From: an uncultured Gammaproteobacteria bacterium
GTDB lineage: Bacteria > Patescibacteriota > Patescibacteriia > UBA1558 > GWA2-36-10
Assembly (NCBI GenBank): GCA_964478385.1
Contig: CAYZIE010000003.1
Coordinates: 1-44,832 of the forward strand
Direction: 5' to 3'
DNA: 44,832 bases
Translations under genes and position numbers: made by a program
In this document: positions 38,474 through 44,832 of the stretch, one piece after another
Layout: each line of letters opens with the position of its first letter
Position numbering within the stretch: position 1 is the stretch's first letter
Notes under the pieces: model-generated
The model's input: the letters and a program-made list of their open reading frames with translations, nothing else
Databases searched by the model: none
What the model was told of the DNA's origin: nothing

Positions 38474-38502
38474 TTGTAAAAAAAACATTTTTAATATATA
38501 AT
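38474..38502 (+). promoter_or_regulatory. promoter TTGTAA-17-TATAAT for pilin paralogue 2
   Basis: TTGTAA 38474..38479, TATAAT 38497..38502, SD AAGGGGGTG 38527..38535. Confidence 0.5.
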
Positions 38503-38540
38503 ACTATATATTATAAGATAAATAGAAAGGGGGTGAACTA

Positions 38541-38903
38541 ATGAATAAAATAATTACTTCTTTATTGCTTTTTATGCCTATGATGGCTTCTGCTCAAAAT
38601 GATATCTTTGGACAAGACAGTCTAGCAAATGCTGGTGTTAATCTTGGTACTAAATCATTACCAGAAACAATTGCTGGTATAATAAATGTCATTTTAGGAT
38701 TCTTAGGCATCCTGTCTACAGCTATTATATTATTAGGTGGTTTTAAATGGATGACTTCTCAAGGTAATGAAGAAAAGGTTGGTGAAGCTAGAAAATTAAT
38801 TGGAGCAGGTGTAGTTGGTTTAGTAATCATACTATCTGCTTATGCTATTTCTAAATTTGTTCTATCATCTTTATACAATGAGACAATAGAAGAGCAAGGA
38901 TAA
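38541..38903 (+). CDS. TrbC/VirB2-like small membrane protein, paralogue 2
   Basis: 120 aa; signal peptide (MMASA-Q), LPETIAGIINVILG helix, GGFKWMTSQGNEEKVGEA loop, second helix. Confidence 0.75.
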   Translation: MNKIITSLLLFMPMMASAQNDIFGQDSLANAGVNLGTKSLPETIAGIINVILGFLGILSTAIILLGGFKWMTSQGNEEKVGEARKLIGAGVVGLVIILSAYAISKFVLSSLYNETIEEQG

Positions 38904-38912
38904 GTTTAGAAC

Positions 38913-38960
38913 TAGTCTATTTTAGTCTAGACTATAGTAGACTAAGTTGTTTAGTCTACT
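38913..38960. repeat. array of five TAGTCTA/TAGACTA heptamers, including a 12-bp palindrome and a perfect 10-bp-stem hairpin
   Basis: TAGTCTA at 38913, 38923 and 38952. TAGACTA at 38928 and 38938. Palindrome TAGTCTAGACTA at 38923..38934. Hairpin AGTAGACTAA(38936..38945)-gttgt-TTAGTCTACT(38951..38960). Confidence 0.85.
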
Positions 38961-38985
38961 AGAGCTTATACTAAATAATAAATAT

Positions 38986-39381
38986 ATGATCAAAAATAAA
39001 ATTGTTTACTTTATTTCTATATTAAGTCTTTTATTGTTAAAGCCCAAAACATTACCAGCTGTATCATATACAGAAACTGGACTGGAGAAAGCAAGGGGTG
39101 AGTTACCAAGTGGATCTATTCCTGATATTATAGCTATAATTATAAATGGTTTATTAGGGTTAGTGGGTACTTTATTTGTTGTTTTAATTGTTTATGGTGG
39201 TTTTTTATGGATGACATCTGCTGGTAACGAAGATAAGGTTAAAAAAGCCAGAGAACTTATTATAAACGCTTCTATAGGTATTGCTATTGTTATTTTGTCT
39301 TATGTAATTGTTAAAACTGTTATGAGTATTGTATTAGATGAAGGACTTAGTACAGAAGAAGTAGCAGAAGGTAGTTCATAA
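38986..39381 (+). CDS. TrbC/VirB2-like small membrane protein, paralogue 3
   Basis: Start moved from TTG 38947 to ATG 38986. SIPDIIAIIINGLLG helix, GGFLWMTSAGNEDKVKKA loop, second helix, acidic tail. Confidence 0.7.
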   Translation: MIKNKIVYFISILSLLLLKPKTLPAVSYTETGLEKARGELPSGSIPDIIAIIINGLLGLVGTLFVVLIVYGGFLWMTSAGNEDKVKKARELIINASIGIAIVILSYVIVKTVMSIVLDEGLSTEEVAEGSS

Positions 39382-39400
39382 TAATTTATATATAAAAGTA

Positions 39401-39434
39401 AAACCCTGTGCTGTATAACAACGCAGGGTTTTTT
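39401..39434. terminator. bidirectional terminator
   Basis: CCCTGTG(39404..39410)-loop-CGCAGGG(39422..39428) followed by T6; A-run upstream. Confidence 0.8.
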
Positions 39435-39436
39435 GT

Positions 39437-40102
39437 TTATCGACTTCTAAAAATTTGAACCTTCCATCCAATTGGCTCACCTTTCCAATATTGATTATCC
39501 TTTTGGTCGATTTCAAAAGCATACTTCTGTGCATTACGTCGATAACGTTTTTCGTTTTCACTTGGAATCCAGTGGAATGTAGTTCTGGTAGGAACCAACA
39601 AGGTTATACTACTAGCTTCTCCTGGTTGGAGAACACCATATTGTGTACCCTGTGAATCCCAAACCTTAATAGATTCAGAACTACAATTAATAACTATACC
39701 AGATTGTAACATCTTGTTACGTAAGAATAGGTTATCAATTATAACTGGTTCACCAGTATACATTCCAGTACGTTCTAGACCTACTCTTTCTTCATTGCTA
39801 TCAAATCCATATTCATGCCACCAGGCAACCGTATATTTTGTATCTTTATACGTTCTATTGGATTTGATGATGAAGGTACTATCTGGATCTACCTGTACAA
39901 AATCCATTCTTAAATCATTTGCACCATCTTTAAAATCAATAAAGATTGGTTGCGAAGACTTATTAATGAAAGTTGCGGTGAATGTTGGTTTGTTATCACC
40001 AAAACGACTGTTCAGTTTGACTCCTTCCATGTTTTTGTAGCTAGCGCATCCAGTTACAAAAATCATGGTCACTACACTAAGAACCACCAGATGCTTTTTC
40101 AT
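39437..40102 (-). CDS. hypothetical lipoprotein in a GC-elevated islet
   Basis: Start moved from TTG 40150 to ATG 40102, 6 nt after GAGGAG. Signal peptide with lipobox FVTG-C. Beta-rich and Trp-rich. Two hand-counted lines gave 37% and 40% GC. Confidence 0.65.
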   Translation of the reverse strand: MKKHLVVLSVVTMIFVTGCASYKNMEGVKLNSRFGDNKPTFTATFINKSSQPIFIDFKDGANDLRMDFVQVDPDSTFIIKSNRTYKDTKYTVAWWHEYGFDSNEERVGLERTGMYTGEPVIIDNLFLRNKMLQSGIVINCSSESIKVWDSQGTQYGVLQPGEASSITLLVPTRTTFHWIPSENEKRYRRNAQKYAFEIDQKDNQYWKGEPIGWKVQIFRSR

Positions 40103-40153
40103 GACTTTCTCCTCTCTTTCTCTGTTTTTTCGACTCTTGTTAAAGAACAATAT

Positions 40154-40182
40154 AATATATCATATTTTCTTTATTTTGTCAA
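40154..40182 (-). promoter_or_regulatory. promoter TTGACA-17-TATATT for the lipoprotein
   Basis: Complement of 40177..40182 is TTGACA; complement of 40154..40159 is TATATT. Confidence 0.5.
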
Positions 40183-40192
40183 TGTTTATTAT

Positions 40193-40792
40193 TTATTTGT
40201 TTTTACACAGAATAATGATCCAAGGAAAACTTATTTTTATAAATACTATATCAAAATATTTATTAATAATATTAGATATTGTTTTTTTATTCCAAAATTG
40301 AACATGTTCTTTATCTTTACCAAATCTTTTTACATTATTAAAAGCTAATAAATTAGCAATACTGAATGCGGGCTCATAAGGAACGCTTATTAAGCAATAA
40401 TTATTAGTAAGCTTTTTTATGTTATTTAAAGAGTTATAAAGAGTTTTATTATCTAAGTGTTCTAGTACTTCTAAAACAAGTGTTAAGTCATAAGATTTGT
40501 TTATTTTTTTAATTTTACTTATATCATCTAAATAAAACTTATGGTCAGGTAGTTTTGTTTCTGCTATATTTATACTTTGTTTTGATATATCAAGACCTTG
40601 TATTTTTATCTTTGGTAAAATGCTTTGTATTTCTTGTATAATAAAACCTTCACCACATCCAATATCTAATATTGTGTTAATATCAGGTGTTTTTTTAATA
40701 ATTTTAATAATGTTTTTTATAAAACGATTGATTAAGTGTTTTTTTATTAAATTTTTCGTTTGATATTTTTTTAAGTTGTTAGATTTTTTCAT
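40193..40792 (-). CDS. class I SAM-dependent methyltransferase
   Basis: 199 aa; motif I ILDIGCGEGF; acidic motif II loop. Confidence 0.8.
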   Translation of the reverse strand: MKKSNNLKKYQTKNLIKKHLINRFIKNIIKIIKKTPDINTILDIGCGEGFIIQEIQSILPKIKIQGLDISKQSINIAETKLPDHKFYLDDISKIKKINKSYDLTLVLEVLEHLDNKTLYNSLNNIKKLTNNYCLISVPYEPAFSIANLLAFNNVKRFGKDKEHVQFWNKKTISNIINKYFDIVFIKISFPWIIILCKNK

Positions 40793-40794
40793 TT

Positions 40795-42093
40795 TTAAAA
40801 ATATTTATAATATATATTTATTATTTGATTTATTAGTGGGAACCCTATTATTTCTTTATTATTTATTATTGTTGGGTAAACCCACGGGTCATTTAACCCT
40901 ATTATCGATATTAGTATAGATAATAACATAATGATTTGAAAGATAATTTTTTTATTATTTTTATATATACTTTCTTTAAAAATATACATAGTAAAAAAAT
41001 ATATTAATGGAGTTATAGCTATAAACCAACGAAATCCATAAGTAGAACCAGTGTATCCTCTGAATTTTAGAATATAAAACAAAGATATTATTATAAACCC
41101 AGATAATATTAATACTACTTCTTTCCTTAATATATTATTTTTATCTCTTATTATTTTAAACATAGAATAGAAAGAAAATAAAAGTATTGGTGAATATAAT
41201 AATAATCCTCTAGATCCAAAATATATATTAAAGATATATAAAAATATATTACCATTATTAGCCTCTAACATTTTATCAAAATCTTCCCAGTATTCAGGGT
41301 GTAGTTGAGCTGGTAATATATCACCTATAATTATATAATTTAAACACAGATGTAAAATTAAAAAAGGAGCAGAATTTAAAATATAGTATTTTTTCCACTT
41401 ATATTTTTTTAATTCACTATTTAAATATATATAGAATAATATTAAAAATGTTAATCCTGTAGGTAAATCTATTGTTGCAGATAAAGATGTTAATAGAGAT
41501 ATTATAATTATATATCTTTTAAGATTTTCTTTCTTGTTTTGTTTTATTTTAAGTAGATAATAAAAAGATACAAAAAGTAATGATCCAGCTATTGTATGAT
41601 TGTTTAATGTTATAGAAAATGGAAGGTATAGTGTACCCAAACCAAAACCTAGTAATAGTATATTTTGATATTTTTTTTTAATTTTGAATAACTCAAAAGA
41701 TTTATATAAATAGTATAATAATAGTATAAAAGTAGATCCAACCAATAAAAGCGTTATAATATAAACGGTTATGTTATTATTTGTAAGATAAAAATCAACA
41801 GGATTTCCAAAATTTAGATTAATAAAATTATGTAATACATAATAGACGCCAGCACCTATAACTGATAGTACAGGTGGTTTAGATGAGTAGTAATCATTAT
41901 TTATTTTAATTTTATCATTTGTATAAGTATATTTTTCGTTTATTGTAAAAGTTTTTCTCTCAACAATAGATTCCATTGTTATGAACCTAGACGCAGAATT
42001 AGCATTGTTTACATGTTTATGAGTAAAAAGACATATAAAGACTATAAAAAAAAGTATTATGTATAAGTGGCTTTTTTCTTTTTTTATTTTCAT
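40795..42093 (-). CDS. polytopic membrane protein, possible GT-C-type glycosyltransferase
   Basis: 432 aa; more than 10 TM helices; 4-nt overlap with the GT2; call rests on topology and context. Confidence 0.45.
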   Translation of the reverse strand: MKIKKEKSHLYIILFFIVFICLFTHKHVNNANSASRFITMESIVERKTFTINEKYTYTNDKIKINNDYYSSKPPVLSVIGAGVYYVLHNFINLNFGNPVDFYLTNNNITVYIITLLLVGSTFILLLYYLYKSFELFKIKKKYQNILLLGFGLGTLYLPFSITLNNHTIAGSLLFVSFYYLLKIKQNKKENLKRYIIIISLLTSLSATIDLPTGLTFLILFYIYLNSELKKYKWKKYYILNSAPFLILHLCLNYIIIGDILPAQLHPEYWEDFDKMLEANNGNIFLYIFNIYFGSRGLLLYSPILLFSFYSMFKIIRDKNNILRKEVVLILSGFIIISLFYILKFRGYTGSTYGFRWFIAITPLIYFFTMYIFKESIYKNNKKIIFQIIMLLSILISIIGLNDPWVYPTIINNKEIIGFPLINQIINIYYKYF

Positions 42094-43034
42094 CCTTTTT
42101 TATTATATGTTTTTTTTATACTATATTTATTACTTTTATCTTTTATTATTATTTCACTCATTAAACCAAGTGATATTAGTTGGATACCAGTTATAATAAG
42201 TAATATAACTAACATAAGTAACGGGTAGTGATTTTGTATACTTCCTGTTAATAATTTTAAGTATGTTAAATATAATCCTATAATAAAACCAATAATAAAT
42301 AGCAATAATCCTATTGTGCCAAAAAAATGTAATGGTTTTTGAGTATATTTAGTTATTAATAGTACATTAATTATATCTAATAAATAATTCTTAATTCTAC
42401 GTATACCACTTTTTCCATATTTTGAAGAGCCATATTTTCTTTTGTTGTGCTTTATTTTTAATTCACCTATTTTGAATCCTTGTTGATTAGCTAAAACCGG
42501 GATAAACCTATGAAGCTCTCCATATACATCTATGTTTTTTATAACGTTTTTACGATAAATTTTAAAACCACAATTAAAATCATGTAATTTAATATTTGTT
42601 AATAATGAAACAGTGTTGTTAAATATTTTTGAAGATATTTTTTTAATTATTGGATCTTTTCTATTTTTTTTCCAACCAGAAACTAAATCATATCCATTTT
42701 TTATTTTTTCTATAAATCTAGGTATTTCTTTTGGTTCATCTTGTAGATCAGCATCCATAGTAATAATTAAATCTCCACTAGTATATTTGAAACCAGTTGA
42801 TAGAGCTGCTGATTTACCAAAGTTTTTTCTAAATTGTATTATATTTATATTATTATTACTTTCTTTAATTCTTTTTAAGACTTTTAAAGAATTATCAACA
42901 GAACCATCATCTATATATATAAGCTCATAACTTAAACCAAGACTATTAACCGTGTTTATAATTTTACTATTTAATTCTTCTAATGATTCTTCCTCATTAA
43001 ACAAAGGTATTATTATTGATAAGTCTTTTTTCAT
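42090..43034 (-). CDS. GT2 polyprenyl-phosphate glycosyltransferase (GtrB/ArnC/DPM1-like)
   Basis: 314 aa; IIIPLFNEE, IDDGSVD, MDADLQDEP, two C-terminal TM helices. Confidence 0.88.
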   Translation of the reverse strand: MKKDLSIIIPLFNEEESLEELNSKIINTVNSLGLSYELIYIDDGSVDNSLKVLKRIKESNNNINIIQFRKNFGKSAALSTGFKYTSGDLIITMDADLQDEPKEIPRFIEKIKNGYDLVSGWKKNRKDPIIKKISSKIFNNTVSLLTNIKLHDFNCGFKIYRKNVIKNIDVYGELHRFIPVLANQQGFKIGELKIKHNKRKYGSSKYGKSGIRRIKNYLLDIINVLLITKYTQKPLHFFGTIGLLLFIIGFIIGLYLTYLKLLTGSIQNHYPLLMLVILLIITGIQLISLGLMSEIIIKDKSNKYSIKKTYNKKG

Positions 43035-43035
43035 A

Positions 43036-44613
43036 TTATTTTATTTTATAAACATTAACATTACCATTATTATATATTAACTTAGTATTAAGATCTTTGT
43101 CTAATCTTTTTTTAAGCATCTTATGCCTACTAGTCTCTAAAAATATATAATTAGAATTAAATGATTCTTTTATTATCCTAGAAAGATTATGGCCTATCTC
43201 CCCTTTTGTTATAGATATATATAATTCTTGTAAATCTTTATCATAATTATACATAAATGTTGGATCTAAGCCTATCATATAATAATTACTGTCATTGTGA
43301 TAGAAAAGTAATGGCCATTCATCCCAGTCAGCATGAAAGATTATAGACTCAGAAGGTATATTGTTTTTAATCCACTCACTAGTTTCTTTAAATTTATCCA
43401 TTTCCCACCTATCATTTATTTTAAGGTCTATTGTTTTATGAATAATGTTTGGAAGTATAAGGATGATAAAAACAGAAAAAACAATAATAAGATATATTTT
43501 TAAATAATTTGGTAATTCTTTTATTACTTTCTTTATCTTTTTTTTATTAACAACGTTTTTAATATTAGTAAAACCACAAGCTACAAACAACAGACTAAAA
43601 GGAAGATAGTATTCAACATATCTTTTAGATTTAATTGTTAGTAATAGAAAGATAAAAGTTAATATAAAACTAAAGATACTTTTTTTATCTATTTTATTAT
43701 AATTAAATATTAGTAATACTAAAAGTATAATAGCCAAGATAAATATATGTGGCGCAGAAGATATCACTTGCATTATACTACTACCATACCATTCCCCACC
43801 AACAGCAAACTTATTACCAAAATTAACAATACCTATTTGTATTATTTGTTGATAATAGAAATATATATTATGTGGCCAGTAAGGATTTATGATTAACCCA
43901 GAAATAATACCAAGTAATAAAGATAATATAATCTTAATATTTTTAACTGGTTTTTTATTATGAAAAATAATATTAATTATTTTACTCCAAAATACTTTTA
44001 TTTTTTTAGTATGATAATATGAATATACTCTATCAGTTAGTATGTAAATTAAAGTAATAAGTATTGCTAAAGGCCAACCACCGTATAACCAAACAAAAAT
44101 AAATCCAAGTAAAGTTATTAACCAAGTTTTTTGTTTAAACAAAGCATATATTAATACCCAAATTAATAATAATGATAAACTATTAACCTTAATTAACATT
44201 AAACGATAACTAGCACCAGTTAAGGTTATAAACAATAAAGTAAAAATAAAAGGATAAGCAATAGATAGTTTTTTTAATAACCAATAAAACACTAAAACCA
44301 TAGTAATAGTAAAAAATACAGCAGCTATTTTAACAGTAATTAAAGGATTATTATTTAAATATGTAAAAGGTATTAGTATTAAATGATAAAGAAAATGATG
44401 ATCAGTGAAATTATTATTTAAAGTACTAAACTGCATCCAAGGTAATTCTTTTAATAGTATTCCTTTTCGTAAAAATAGAGTAATTTTAGCATGATAGAAT
44501 CCGTCAGGATCACCAATGTAGTTGTTCCATTGTAAATATCCGTAATATAATGACATTATAATACTAAGGAGTATATAATCTAGTTTATACTTAATTATTT
44601 TAGTAAAATTCAT
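43036..44613 (-). CDS. large polytopic membrane protein, possible GT-C-type glycosyltransferase
   Basis: 525 aa; about 12 TM helices plus a C-terminal soluble domain; first loop DPDGFYHAK; stop 1 nt from the GT2 start. Confidence 0.45.
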   Translation of the reverse strand: MNFTKIIKYKLDYILLSIIMSLYYGYLQWNNYIGDPDGFYHAKITLFLRKGILLKELPWMQFSTLNNNFTDHHFLYHLILIPFTYLNNNPLITVKIAAVFFTITMVLVFYWLLKKLSIAYPFIFTLLFITLTGASYRLMLIKVNSLSLLLIWVLIYALFKQKTWLITLLGFIFVWLYGGWPLAILITLIYILTDRVYSYYHTKKIKVFWSKIINIIFHNKKPVKNIKIILSLLLGIISGLIINPYWPHNIYFYYQQIIQIGIVNFGNKFAVGGEWYGSSIMQVISSAPHIFILAIILLVLLIFNYNKIDKKSIFSFILTFIFLLLTIKSKRYVEYYLPFSLLFVACGFTNIKNVVNKKKIKKVIKELPNYLKIYLIIVFSVFIILILPNIIHKTIDLKINDRWEMDKFKETSEWIKNNIPSESIIFHADWDEWPLLFYHNDSNYYMIGLDPTFMYNYDKDLQELYISITKGEIGHNLSRIIKESFNSNYIFLETSRHKMLKKRLDKDLNTKLIYNNGNVNVYKIK

Positions 44614-44619
44614 ATATAT

Positions 44620-44628
44620 ATTCTATCA
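44620..44628 (-). promoter_or_regulatory. extended -10 (TGaTAGAAT) 6 nt before ATG 44613
   Basis: Complement of 44620..44628 is TGATAGAAT; no SD; predicts a leaderless transcript. Confidence 0.4.
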
Positions 44629-44663
44629 AATACACTAAAAATAATAAAGGATTAAAAGGAAAG

Positions 44664-44695
44664 AAAAAATCTCCGCCAGGCATGGATACGGAGAT
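44664..44695 (-). terminator. minus-strand rho-independent terminator
   Basis: ATCTCCG(44669..44675)/CGGAGAT(44689..44695) hairpin, followed on the minus strand by T6. Confidence 0.55.
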
Positions 44696-44832
44696 TATGT
44701 ATTTTTTTATTACGGGCTTAACAGAACTAATCTTTCTTATACTTTATTCTCTTTTTAACTATTAGTCAAGTTTTATTACCATTGATTTTTTACTATATAA
44801 TTGGTAATATATTAATATCTAAATAATGTTTT

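Noticed and set aside
39376-40348. Several overlapping ORFs (39376..39561 minus; 39455..39655, 39714..40040, 39950..40348 and 40065..40301 plus)
   Set aside because: They overlap the lipoprotein or methyltransferase genes in other frames or strands and cross the terminator or promoter. None has an SD or a plausible fold signature.
1-44832. Alternative genetic code (UGA recoding as in some CPR lineages), prophage, integron, transposon or toxin-antitoxin pairs
   Set aside because: TGA terminates well-supported genes (32901..32903, 36772..36774), and long conserved ORFs are intact under the standard code. No integrase, transposase, capsid/terminase or recognisable TA families were seen.

Overview
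AT-rich bacterial chromosome segment, roughly 20-30% GC in hand-counted lines. Gene content and style fit a reduced-genome Patescibacteria/CPR-type organism; that placement is inference. The standard code applies: TGA is used as a stop and the long ORFs are intact. The core consists of several blocks. (1) The origin-proximal block yidC-yidD-rnpA-rpmH (minus strand), divergent from dnaA-dnaN. (2) rpoB-rpoC, ftsK, a rodZ-like gene, recA and ruvA. (3) A csoR-like/trxA/trxB/gdh operon. (4) A U32-family protein plus ferredoxin pair. (5) A femAB-like/nucleotidyltransferase/murE block. (6) A long plus-strand envelope block: flippase, O-antigen-ligase-like, CapA-like, membrane protein, galU, solute-binding lipoprotein. 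(7) A minus-strand GtrB-like GT2 with two polytopic membrane proteins and a methyltransferase. One tRNA-Arg(CCT) is present. No rRNA, CRISPR array, integrase, transposase or phage genes were seen. The accessory material stands out in five places. (a) A 37-bp perfect direct repeat brackets a 2.6-kb insert that splits a small acidic ORF. (b) Two minus-strand single-gene islets of about 37-45% GC have strong Shine-Dalgarno sites and share a 19/22-nt leader motif. (c) Two autonomous promoter-SD-ORF-terminator modules lie at 6.3-7.3 kb. (d) Three tandem TrbC/VirB2-like pilin paralogues lack any secretion machinery, and a dense TAGTCTA inverted-heptamer array lies between two of them. (e) Several orphan promoter-to-terminator units are possible small RNAs. 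Native genes mostly lack SD sequences, and some look leaderless behind extended -10 promoters. No product of an accessory ORF could be assigned from sequence alone.
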